In this document: in pieces, positions 10,180 to 18,405 of the stretch
Layout: each line of letters opens with the position of its first letter
Numbering within the stretch: the stretch's first letter is position 1
Assembly (NCBI GenBank): GCA_041661265.1
Contig: JBAZUT010000001.1
Coordinates: 129,854 to 193,853, forward strand
DNA: 64,000 bases
Source: Minisyncoccota bacterium
GTDB taxonomy: Bacteria > Patescibacteriota > Minisyncoccia > JAHIHE01 > JAGLIN01
Direction of reading: 5' to 3'
Program-made: the position numbers and the translations under genes
Notes under the pieces: generated by a model
Databases searched by the model: none
What the model saw: the letters and a program-made list of their open reading frames with translations, nothing else
Told to the model about the DNA's origin: nothing

Positions 10180-10429
10180 TTATTCCTTATTTTTATCGCA
10201 TTCGGTTGACCTTGCCGGACTTTTAAACTAAGCTATAAGAAGAAGCTTTTTGCTCAGTATTTTGCCGTGCAGCCTTCCCCTCCTTAGATAAGAAGGGGTG
10301 AGGGGTGGTTTGTATTTTTGAGTTTTATTCCAACCCCTCCTGACCTCCCCTTATCCAAGAGGAGGAAAAAAGCCATAAAATCAGCGAGATTCAGGCAATA
10401 CTAAATACTAAATACTTAATACCAAAGAT

Positions 10430-11500
10430 ATGGGATTTTCAGTCGGGATAGTCGGGCTTCCGAATGTCGGAAAATCGACCCTATTCAAAACATTGACCAA
10501 AAAAGAAGTGGATATTTCCAATTATCCTTTCTGCACCATCGATCCGAATATCGGGATCGTCAAAGTTCCGGACGCAAGGCTTGAGAAGCTGGCTGTTTTT
10601 TCAAAAAGCAAGAAAATTGTGCCGACTGCGATCGAGTTCGTGGACATAGCAGGATTGGTGAAAGACGCGCACAAAGGAGAAGGCCTCGGAAACAAGTTCC
10701 TCGCCAACATCCGGGAAGTGGACATGATCGCGCACATCGTCCGAGGCTTTGAAGACGGAAACATCATCCATGTCGGAAATAAGGTGGATCCGAAGAACGA
10801 TATCGAAGTGATAAACTTAGAGTTAATACTGGCCGATCTTGAAACGGTCAACAAGATGCTAAGCAAGTCCGAAAGGGACGTGAAATCCGGAGACAAGGTC
10901 GCATTGATCCAAAAAAATATTTTGGCAAGATATAAAGAAGCGCTGGAAAAGGGTGAAATGGCAAACACGGTGCAAATTGAAGAAACAGAAAAAGAAGCGG
11001 CAAAAAGCATCAGCCTTCTCACCAACAAGCCGGTACTTTTTGTTGTGAATGTAAATGAAAATCAGAAGATAGACAAAGACAAGTTTTTGCCGGAAATAGA
11101 GAACAAGATCTTCGTTCCGATCAAATTCGAGCTGGACCTTGCGGAACTTGCTGAACCGGAAGCGATTGAATTCAGAAAAGAAGCGAACATGGACAAGAAC
11201 ATTTCAAGCCTCGACGAACTTATCACCAGATGCTATGAGCTTTTGGGGCTTATCACCTTCCTCACGACAGGAGAGGACGAGACTAGAGCCTGGACGATCA
11301 AAAAAGATTCGACCGCGCCTCAGGCGGGCCGCGCCATCCACACCGATTTTGAACAAAAGTTCATCCGCGCCAGCGTCATTAATTGGCAGAAACTTCTCGA
11401 AGCAGGCTCGGAAGCAAGCGCTGTGGAAAAGGGACTCCTGCGCACCGAAGGGAAAGAATATATCGTGCAGGATGGAGATGTGATTGAATTTAAAATCTAA
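10430..11500 (+). CDS. ychF: ribosome-binding ATPase YchF (Obg-family GTPase, TGS C-terminal domain)
   Basis: N-terminus GIVGLPNVGKSTLFKTLT (G1 motif). Also DIAGLV, NKVD, and a C-terminal TGS domain ...EYIVQDGDVIEFKI. Confidence 0.95.
   Translation: MGFSVGIVGLPNVGKSTLFKTLTKKEVDISNYPFCTIDPNIGIVKVPDARLEKLAVFSKSKKIVPTAIEFVDIAGLVKDAHKGEGLGNKFLANIREVDMIAHIVRGFEDGNIIHVGNKVDPKNDIEVINLELILADLETVNKMLSKSERDVKSGDKVALIQKNILARYKEALEKGEMANTVQIEETEKEAAKSISLLTNKPVLFVVNVNENQKIDKDKFLPEIENKIFVPIKFELDLAELAEPEAIEFRKEANMDKNISSLDELITRCYELLGLITFLTTGEDETRAWTIKKDSTAPQAGRAIHTDFEQKFIRASVINWQKLLEAGSEASAVEKGLLRTEGKEYIVQDGDVIEFKI
11418..11500 (+). repeat. ychF 3'-end segment (copy 1 of an 83-bp direct repeat; att-like)
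   Basis: About 88% identical to 11988-12071. The differences are almost all synonymous third-position changes. Confidence 0.8.
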
Positions 11501-11698
11501 TTGCTACAGTGTTATATTGTTTGAATGTTGTTATTCTTCGAGCGATCCCGAATACTCGGGAGAGTCGAGAAGTTATTATCTTTTGGTTCTCGACGCAGAG
11601 TACCCTTGCTCGAACAACATTAAAATGATTTTTAACTCCATCAAATTTGACTTATTGAAACCAAAACGGTATTATTGAAATAGAAATTAAGCAAAACT

Positions 11699-11917
11699 AT
11701 GGGAAAAATTGATCTAAAAAATGTGGTCTGGAAAGAGGGCAAATACTATGTTGCTCAGTGTTTAAATGTGGATATTTCAAGTTTTGGAAAAACTAAAAAA
11801 GAAGCATTGATGAACTTAGATGAAGCTTTGGGACTATATTTTGAAGATAATAAAAAACCAAAAGTAACTAAGATAGAGAGACCGACGCTAGTAAAAATAT
11901 CCATCTGCCATGTCTAA
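11699..11917 (+). CDS. hicB: HicB-family antitoxin (UPF0150, RNase-H-like fold), short form
   Basis: WKEGKYYVAQCLNVDISSFGKTKKEALMNLDEALGLYFE matches the conserved HicB N-domain pattern. The stop overlaps the next ATG. Confidence 0.65.
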   Translation: MGKIDLKNVVWKEGKYYVAQCLNVDISSFGKTKKEALMNLDEALGLYFEDNKKPKVTKIERPTLVKISICHV

Positions 11918-12071
11918 ACTTTATTCTTCAAATTTGATCATCAAAGTCCTCCAAAAGCGAGGCTTTGTTTTTATCTCTCAGAAAGGAAGCGCCGTGGAAA
12001 AAGGACTCCTCCGCACCGAAGGAAAGGAATATATCGTGCAGGATGGAGATGTCGTAGAATTTAAAATATAG
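11911..12071 (+). pseudogene. hicA toxin remnant: N-terminal 27 codons of HicA fused in-frame to a duplicated ychF 3' end
   Basis: MSKLYSSNLIIKVLQKRGFVFISQKGS is HicA-like. It is followed directly by SAVEKGLLRTEGKEYIVQDGDVVEFKI*, a copy of the YchF C-terminus. At 53 aa it falls below the ORF-track cutoff. Confidence 0.6.
11988..12071 (+). repeat. ychF 3'-end segment, copy 2 (att-like junction)
   Basis: gccgtggaaaaaggactcctccgcaccgaaggaaaggaatatatcgtgcaggatggagatgtcgtagaatttaaaatatag, compared with 11418-11500. Confidence 0.8.
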
Positions 12072-12296
12072 AATTATTATTTTTAGATGTCATTCCCGCG
12101 AAAGCGGGAATCTATGCAACAGACGATTTGAATTTCTAATTTTTAATTTCAAATTTCTAATCAATTTTTAATGACTAAACGTCAAATGTCATTCTAAATA
12201 ATGTCATTCTGAGCCTGTCAAAGCATTGGTTCAAAATCTGTCGCATACCGCGCAACAAAAAAATTATCTTCAAATTATAAAAATAGTGTTAATAAT

Positions 12297-13220
12297 ATGC
12301 CAATACCACAAAATTTTCAGACAATTATGCTCCCCTTCCTTGAAGCTGTTTCTGATGGGGAAAGCCATAATATGAATGAAATCCTAGATGCTTTAGCTGA
12401 TTATTTTAAGCTTACCGAAGAAGAAAAAACTAGAAAATATCCAACTGGAAGCGCCTATATCTTCAACAATAAGGCGCGATTTGCTCGTTTATATTTACTA
12501 AAAGCGGGTTTATTGGAATCAACTCAAAAAAGTTTTATAAAAATTTCTGATGATGGCGCAGGAGTTTTAGCAAAAAAACCGAAGCAGGTTAATTTAAAAT
12601 TGCTTGAAACGTATCCAAAATATATTGAATTTAAGCAAAGTTTAAAAGAGAGGAATCGTGAAAGAAAGGAAACAATTGTCGAAAATACAGAGATGGAATC
12701 ACAGACTCCTCATGAACTGATTGAGTATGGCTATCAGAAAATCAAAAAAGAACTTTCACAGGAAATATTAATTCAAACGAAGCAAAGCTCGCCGCAGTTT
12801 TTTGAAAAATTGGTTGTTGAATTGCTACTCAAGATGGGCTATGGCGGATCATTGAAAGACGCCGGAAAGGCAATTGGGCAAAGTGGTGATGGTGGTATTG
12901 ATGGCATTATTAAAGAAGATAAACTTGGACTAGATATTATATATATTCAGGCTAAACGATGAGAAAATTCCATTGGTGAACCCGTAATTAGAGATTTCGT
13001 CGGAAGTCTTGCAGGAAAACATGCGAATAAAGGCGTATTTATAACTACATCTCATTTTACAAGTGGTGCTACTGATTATGTTAAGAATATTCCTCATAAG
13101 GTTATTTTAATTGACGGTGAGATGCTGACCGACCTTATGATCGAAAATAACATTGGGGTATCAAATGTAAGCGCTTATGAAATTAAAAGAATAGATTCTG
13201 ATTATTTTATTGAAGAATAA
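12297..13220 (+). pseudogene. Mrr-family type IV restriction endonuclease (Mrr_N winged helix + Mrr catalytic domain) interrupted by one in-frame TGA
   Basis: The N-terminal domain ends ...GIDGIIKEDKLGLDIIYIQAKR. A TGA at 12960-12962 is followed in the same frame by ENSIGEPVIRDFVGSLAGKHANKGVFITTSHFTSGA... through a TAA at 13218-13220. A Trp (TGG) is expected at the stop position (QAKRW). Confidence 0.7.
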
Positions 13221-13232
13221 ATCCCTCCCCTA

Positions 13233-13380
13233 TCAGTTCAAGTTTTTGCACCTGAACCATAAATTTCTTTTCGAATGTCATTCCGGACTTGCCTGCTCGC
13301 CTCTGGGAGGATCTGGAATCTACCCATAATCACGTTGCTATCTATTTAGTGGATTCCTGCTTTCGCAGGAATGACAGCAT
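13233..13380. repeat. MITE-like repeat block (left flank of zinc-ribbon gene) with terminal inverted motif atgtcattc / gaatgaca
   Basis: gaaccataaatttcttt also occurs at 13703-13720. atgtcattc at 13275-13283 is inverted at 13369-13377. A hairpin attcctgc-tttc-gcaggaat lies at 13353-13372. Confidence 0.5.
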
Positions 13381-13423
13381 GATAAGTTTAGAATAAATCA
13401 ACATAAGGCACTATAAAACTATT

Positions 13424-13612
13424 ATGAAGCTAAAATCCACAATCAAATGCCCGCAATGCGGGTTTGAAAAAGAAGAAACAATGCCCCAAGACGCCTGCCA
13501 GTATTTTTATATTTGTTCAAAATGCCAAAAACGCATCGAGCCAAAACCAGGCGATTGCTGCGTGTATTGCTCTTATGGTTCCGTCAAATGTCCAATGAAA
13601 CAGGTGAAATAA
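13424..13612 (+). CDS. Cys-rich zinc-ribbon small protein (10 Cys in 62 aa)
   Basis: CPQCG...C..Y.C.KC...GDCCVYCSYGSVKCP contains several CxxC pairs. The RBS is weak. Confidence 0.45.
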   Translation: MKLKSTIKCPQCGFEKEETMPQDACQYFYICSKCQKRIEPKPGDCCVYCSYGSVKCPMKQVK

Positions 13613-13620
13613 GCATAGAT

Positions 13621-13725
13621 TTTCTCTGCCGGTTCAGGTCTTCGCACCTGCCTTCCGGCCCGCTTCGCCGGAGGCTGACAGCGAGGCGAGCAGCCAGGCT
13701 TGAACCATAAATTTCTTTGCAAGTG
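13621..13725. repeat. repeat block related to 13233-13272 (right flank of zinc-ribbon gene)
   Basis: ggttcaggtcttcgcacctg...gcttgaaccataaatttcttt corresponds to cagttcaagtttttgcacctgaaccataaatttcttt with about 60 bp of extra internal sequence. It shares gaggcgagcag with 13290-13300 in inverted orientation. Confidence 0.5.
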
Positions 13726-13756
13726 TAATATTCATTAAATATCGTCATACGCCTTT

Positions 13757-14242
13757 ATGAATAACAGAACGATTAAGCTATTATTTGTTTGCACCGATAA
13801 CATAGGCCGAAGCCTGATGGCCGAATATCTTTTGAGAAACTGGCTGGAAAATAACAACCGGCATGACATCGAGGTTTCCTCTTGCGGGACAAATGCGACA
13901 AGCGACACCAGCTCATTTTGCATGGATCACATTGGCAAATTGGATGAAATGGGAATAGATGCATCGCGGCACAAAAGAACCCAAATATCAAAAGAAATAT
14001 TGGCACGAAGCGACATCATCATTGCCATGGATGAATCCCACCGAGACTGGGTACGGGAGAAATTCAACAAAGAAGTCATGTTGTATAATGAAATATGCAA
14101 GAATGAAAAAACTTCGATCAGGATCAATCCGCCCGGCTCAGCCGGTCCGCTATCCAATCGATTGTTGAAGGTGTTTGAGTATATAGATAAGTCCATTCCT
14201 GACTTAGTTACTTCAATTGATAAGATAAAAATAAACTTATGA
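13757..14242 (+). CDS. low-molecular-weight protein-tyrosine phosphatase / ArsC-type arsenate reductase family
   Basis: LLFVCTDNIGRSLMAE contains the CX5R(S/T) P-loop. At 161 aa it is a typical LMW-PTP length. Confidence 0.8.
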   Translation: MNNRTIKLLFVCTDNIGRSLMAEYLLRNWLENNNRHDIEVSSCGTNATSDTSSFCMDHIGKLDEMGIDASRHKRTQISKEILARSDIIIAMDESHRDWVREKFNKEVMLYNEICKNEKTSIRINPPGSAGPLSNRLLKVFEYIDKSIPDLVTSIDKIKINL

Positions 14243-15033
14243 CGAAATTCGCCATATTAACCGATATTCATCTGGGCCCGGAAGGCCGCTTCAGGGGCAT
14301 TCTTCGCAAAATAAACAAGGATGTGAAAATATTTTTGGACGATTTTGTCGAGGAAATGAATGGGAATGTAAAACCTGAATTCACGGTTGTCCTCGGAGAT
14401 CTGGTCGAGGACGACAATGAGGCCAATGACAGGAATAATGTCGGCTACATCGTAAAGTTGCTGAAAAAGTTGAAGTGTCCTGTCTATTATGCTGCCGGAA
14501 ACCATGATCTTAGGAACATTTCAGAAAAAGATCTGGCGGAATTGTTTCATTATGAAAAGCTATACTATTCATTTGATTCCGGCAATCTTCATTTCATCGT
14601 TCTATTTTCGAGGGCATCGAAAGATGAAACGATCAGGATCTCGGATGAACAAAAGGAATGGCTTCAGAAGGATCTGGATTCGACGGACAGAAAATGCGTT
14701 GTTTTCGTCCATCATGGATTAGCCGACCAGGACCTGACGGGAAACCCATGGTTTGAAAAAAAACCTGAATACTGCCTTATTGAAAACAGAAAAGAGATCA
14801 GGCACATAGTCTCCGAATCAAAAAAAGTTATTGCGGTTTTCAACAGCCACTTGCATTGGGACAAGAAAGACTCTCATGACGGTATCCCCTATTTCACGAT
14901 CCAGTCTTTGGTTGAAAATGAGGGCGACAATGGATTAGCAAGCGAAACGCACGCAGTGGTCAATATTGTTGACGATAAGGTTGACGTTGAGGTGAAGGGT
15001 AATTATGCAAAAAACTTTTCACATCAAAGCTGA
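14239..15033 (+). CDS. calcineurin-like metallophosphoesterase
   Basis: AILTDIHLGPEG, VLGDLVED and AAGNHD match the phosphoesterase motifs D-x-H, GD and GNH(D/E). Overlaps the upstream gene by 4 bp. Confidence 0.8.
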   Translation: MTKFAILTDIHLGPEGRFRGILRKINKDVKIFLDDFVEEMNGNVKPEFTVVLGDLVEDDNEANDRNNVGYIVKLLKKLKCPVYYAAGNHDLRNISEKDLAELFHYEKLYYSFDSGNLHFIVLFSRASKDETIRISDEQKEWLQKDLDSTDRKCVVFVHHGLADQDLTGNPWFEKKPEYCLIENRKEIRHIVSESKKVIAVFNSHLHWDKKDSHDGIPYFTIQSLVENEGDNGLASETHAVVNIVDDKVDVEVKGNYAKNFSHQS

Positions 15034-15090
15034 GGAGCAGCGAACCTGCTCTGGACATGAAAAACGCGTCCAAATCATTAATATCATACA

Positions 15091-15274
15091 TATGCTATAT
15101 CTCATCGGGGGTGCAGCGCGGAGTGGCAAAACAAATCTTTCAAAAAGACTGCTGACTGGAAAAAGTATCCCCTACTTTTGCATTGATTATCTTGTCAGCG
15201 CCATCGATCGAACACTGCACAACAAACCCTCTTTCCGTATTTCGATGTATCAAATGATTTCTCAGAAAAGATAG
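15091..15274 (+). pseudogene. 5' fragment of a P-loop kinase gene (paralogous copy of the 17857 gene, first ~48 codons)
   Basis: MLYLIGGAARSGKTNLSKRLLTGKSIPYFCIDYLVSAIDRTLHNKPSF is followed by an unrelated 12 codons and a stop. About 145 nt are near-identical to 17857-18001, including an 88-nt perfect run. Confidence 0.7.
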
Positions 15275-15385
15275 ATGAGATACTTACCAATATTTGATTC
15301 AAATAGTTTGAGCAGCATAGGATTATTTTCGTTCTATTAGATTACCACAGCTATGAGATGTCATTAATGAAATTATAAATATAAC

Positions 15386-15706
15386 ATGATAATAAAAAAC
15401 CAAAGAACGATTCAGAAAATAATAGGTCCAATGATCATAAATGAATATAAAATAAATTCTTATTTTAGCGCCGCTCTGGTTGAGATTAATGGAGCTCACG
15501 GAAAACTTAAGTGCATCGGGGAAGATAGAATTTATTTTATTCTAGACGGTGAAGGAATGTTCATTATAAACGATGAGGAAAGTAACATCAGTCAAAATGA
15601 TTTGATATTTGTACCAAAGAATACGCCCTATAATATTATTGGCAAACTGAGATATCTTTTGATTTGCTCTCCTAAGTTTAATCCCAAAAATGATGTGTTT
15701 CTATGA
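15386..15706 (+). CDS. cupin-domain protein
   Basis: 106 aa. The ...AHGKLKCIGEDRIYFILDGEGMFIINDEE...LIFVPKNTPYNI pattern fits a cupin_2 beta-barrel. Function unknown. Confidence 0.5.
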   Translation: MIIKNQRTIQKIIGPMIINEYKINSYFSAALVEINGAHGKLKCIGEDRIYFILDGEGMFIINDEESNISQNDLIFVPKNTPYNIIGKLRYLLICSPKFNPKNDVFL

Positions 15707-15786
15707 TGCAAGTCCTGCAAGTGTATTAAAAATGCCCTGCAGTTTACTGCAGGGTTATTTTGTTTTAGATTTTCTTTTTATCCAAT

Positions 15787-16818
15787 TTAAAGTTCCTTTA
15801 CATATTCTCTCGTATTTTCCAAAAGTTCAAATAGTTCAACGAGATACGCTTTGGGATCGGATTCGTTTAATCTATCAACACGATCCAGGCCTTTCAATTT
15901 ATATGAAGTGATCAAGTCCAGTGTTTCATCAATGCACCCGAGCCGGATCAATGTTTTAGTCAGATCCAGCAGCTCTTCCCCTGAAGCTTTTTTATTGCCC
16001 AGCAATTTTCTTATTTGAGCTTTATCACTCTCTTCTTTTTCCATTGCACAGATGATCGGGTATGTCCATATTCCCTTTCTTACGTCTTCGAAAGAAATCC
16101 TCGATAGTGCCTTAGAGTTTTTGCGCATGATTTCTTCCGGCAAAAAACACGTTAGATCGTTTCTCGCCATTACGCCAGTCCCGAATACCCTTCCTATCTC
16201 GCCAAACTGTTCGACCTCGCGATCACTGGAATCCGCTGCTATGGCAGACGTCTTAGCCATAGTTTCAAACATCACCCCGCAAATCTTATAACATCTTTCG
16301 ATATATTTTGCAGCTGTTGTGTCATCCTTCATATCCTCGTTTATTCCTTCGCCTACCCACAGAATTTCCCACATTTGGTTTGCCAGAGTTAATATTTTTA
16401 ATTTGGAACAATCCTTGATCTTTAAATCCGATAACAGCTTGATAGAGATAAATGCCTGCAAACTTCCGGCGATAATCCCGTAATTTAGGCCGAATTCTTC
16501 ATGTGTAGCAATTTTTCCTTCTCTCTCTGGTTGACTATCAATGATATCATCAAGCACATACGTAGAGATGGTTGATAATTCCATAAAACCAAGCAACGGA
16601 AGAATATCGTGCCAGTTTTTACCACCGCAATATTCATAGATCAGCCTGCCTAATGTAGCGCGCAACTTTGGCTTATTTCTCCTTAAACTAACCAGACGAG
16701 ACACTGACTCATGCAATAGCCTGTCTTCTTTTTCTAGTTCTTCAAGCTTTTCAATCAGATATTTATCGATATCCTCTGCGGTATTCTTCATTAAATTAAA
16801 CAGTTGTCTTTTCTTCAT
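15787..16818 (-). CDS. isoprenoid synthase-fold protein (polyprenyl synthetase / class I terpenoid synthase-like)
   Basis: First Asp-rich motif is YVLDDIIDSQPEREGK (DDxxD followed by R/E-GK, as in trans-IPPS). The second Asp-rich motif is replaced by GVMARNDLTCFLPEE. The start is placed at the ATG with an AAGGAGG RBS (16816-16818) rather than the upstream ATG. Confidence 0.55.
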   Translation of the reverse strand: MKKRQLFNLMKNTAEDIDKYLIEKLEELEKEDRLLHESVSRLVSLRRNKPKLRATLGRLIYEYCGGKNWHDILPLLGFMELSTISTYVLDDIIDSQPEREGKIATHEEFGLNYGIIAGSLQAFISIKLLSDLKIKDCSKLKILTLANQMWEILWVGEGINEDMKDDTTAAKYIERCYKICGVMFETMAKTSAIAADSSDREVEQFGEIGRVFGTGVMARNDLTCFLPEEIMRKNSKALSRISFEDVRKGIWTYPIICAMEKEESDKAQIRKLLGNKKASGEELLDLTKTLIRLGCIDETLDLITSYKLKGLDRVDRLNESDPKAYLVELFELLENTREYVKEL

Positions 16819-17035
16819 TTGTTTTCCTCCTTTGTTTGTGTAAGCCACGAATGACCTTTGTATCGTGACTGTTTAACATACCACTTCTATAATATTTGTC
16901 TTAATTTCAATAAAAATTAAATCCTCATGGGCTATTTTTTATAATAATGGCCAAAAATCCTTTGTTTGCTTGACATTTTTGCTCCATGCGCTATACTTTT
17001 ATGTTGTCTAAAATAGTAGACATTTTTAATCAACG

Positions 17036-17782
17036 ATGAGCATGAATATAGAAAATATTTTGCAAACTGTCGGCTTCTCGAGAAAAAAAACTAAGATATA
17101 TTTAGCCATTTTGGAGCTGGGAGAAGCCTCGGTAATAGAGATCGCGAAAAAAGCCGGCATCAAACGGACTACGGTTTATAATATCCTTCCGGAATTGATA
17201 ATCGACGGCCTGGTAAAGAAATCTGTTAAAAACAAAAAGGGATTCTTCTTCATAGAAGACCCCTCTCTAATCAAGACAAGTCTGGAAGAAAAAATGGGCA
17301 CAATCGAAAAATCCCTGCCTGAACTGAGAGCCATGCAAAACACTATCCCCTCCAAACCAAGGATAACTTTTTATGAAGGAGGGGGTGGAGCAAAAGCTCT
17401 ATATCGGGATACTTTGGACAGTCTTACGCCAGGCGATACGCTTTTGAGCTATACTGGACTTACCGATTTTTACAAACTTATTCCCAAAGATTTTTCAGAG
17501 TGGTATATTAAAGAGAGAATCAAAAGAAAAATAAGGATAGAAGTAATCGCACTGAGATCAAAAATAACCGATGAATGGCAAAAAAATGCGGCAAGAGAGC
17601 TTCGCGAGATCAAAATAGTTAATAACTCCGACTTTCGATTCGACGGAGACACTGAGATATACGGTAATAAAATAGCTCTCATATCTTATAAAGAGAACTT
17701 CATGGGAGTTATAATAGAAAGCAAAGAAATAAGCCAAATGTTGAGAATGGCTTTTCGTCTTATGTGGAATTCGCTCGAATAA
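17036..17782 (+). CDS. TrmB-family transcriptional regulator
   Basis: N-terminal wHTH TKIYLAILELGEASVIEIAKKAGIKRTTVYNILPELIIDGLV, with a C-terminal TrmB-like domain. Confidence 0.75.
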   Translation: MSMNIENILQTVGFSRKKTKIYLAILELGEASVIEIAKKAGIKRTTVYNILPELIIDGLVKKSVKNKKGFFFIEDPSLIKTSLEEKMGTIEKSLPELRAMQNTIPSKPRITFYEGGGGAKALYRDTLDSLTPGDTLLSYTGLTDFYKLIPKDFSEWYIKERIKRKIRIEVIALRSKITDEWQKNAARELREIKIVNNSDFRFDGDTEIYGNKIALISYKENFMGVIIESKEISQMLRMAFRLMWNSLE

Positions 17783-17856
17783 TGTTCCCTAACGATTAAC
17801 TACTACGGGGCTTACTCCTATGACTTTTATAAGGTATTGTTAAAATAATAATTCAT

Positions 17857-18405
17857 ATGATATATCTCATCGGAGGAGCTGCGCGGAGTGGCAAAACAAT
17901 TCTCTCAAAAAGACTGCTGACTGGAAAAAGTATCCCCTACTTTTGCATTGATTATCTTGTCAGCGCCATCGATCGAACACTGCACAACAAACCTTCTTTT
18001 GATGCTGCAATGAAGATTCAGCCTCAGCTGGAATCAATGATCAGAAATATCACAGAAATTGAACCGGACTATATCGTTGAGGGAGACAAAATATTGCCGG
18101 AACTTGCAAGCAGGCTTTCAAAAGAATATCCGAACCAAATTATTTCTTGTTTTCTCGGTTATGCGTCCGCCGACCCTTCAATCAAAATGGAAGAGATAAA
18201 ACAAAATCCTGGTCCCATAAATAATTGGACAAAGAACTCATCGAACGAGGAGCTTATGCAATTAATTGCAGAAATGACCGATTATAGCGCCTTTATAAAA
18301 AAAGAATGCAATAAATATGATATTCCGTACTTTGATGTATCGAATAATTTCTCAAAGAACATAGACTTGGCTTTTCAATATTTATCCATTAACAAATCCA
18401 CATGA
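17857..18405 (+). CDS. P-loop NTPase / small-molecule or polynucleotide kinase family protein
   Basis: Walker A IGGAARSGKT. 182 aa. The stop overlaps the Nudix start (ATGA). Confidence 0.65.
   Translation: MIYLIGGAARSGKTILSKRLLTGKSIPYFCIDYLVSAIDRTLHNKPSFDAAMKIQPQLESMIRNITEIEPDYIVEGDKILPELASRLSKEYPNQIISCFLGYASADPSIKMEEIKQNPGPINNWTKNSSNEELMQLIAEMTDYSAFIKKECNKYDIPYFDVSNNFSKNIDLAFQYLSINKST

Noticed and set aside
11139-11483. Alternative-frame ORF (114 aa) inside ychF
   Set aside because: It is embedded in the well-supported ychF frame. Its product is Arg-rich and low complexity.
12960-12962. Possibility that TGA is a sense codon (genetic code 4 or 25) in this organism, which would make Mrr intact
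   Set aside because: rpoB (1076 aa), rpoC (1228 aa), ftsK and the 3031-aa and 1533-aa ORFs have no in-frame TGA. A recoded lineage would show many. The standard code is retained and the gene is called a pseudogene, pending a genome-wide check.
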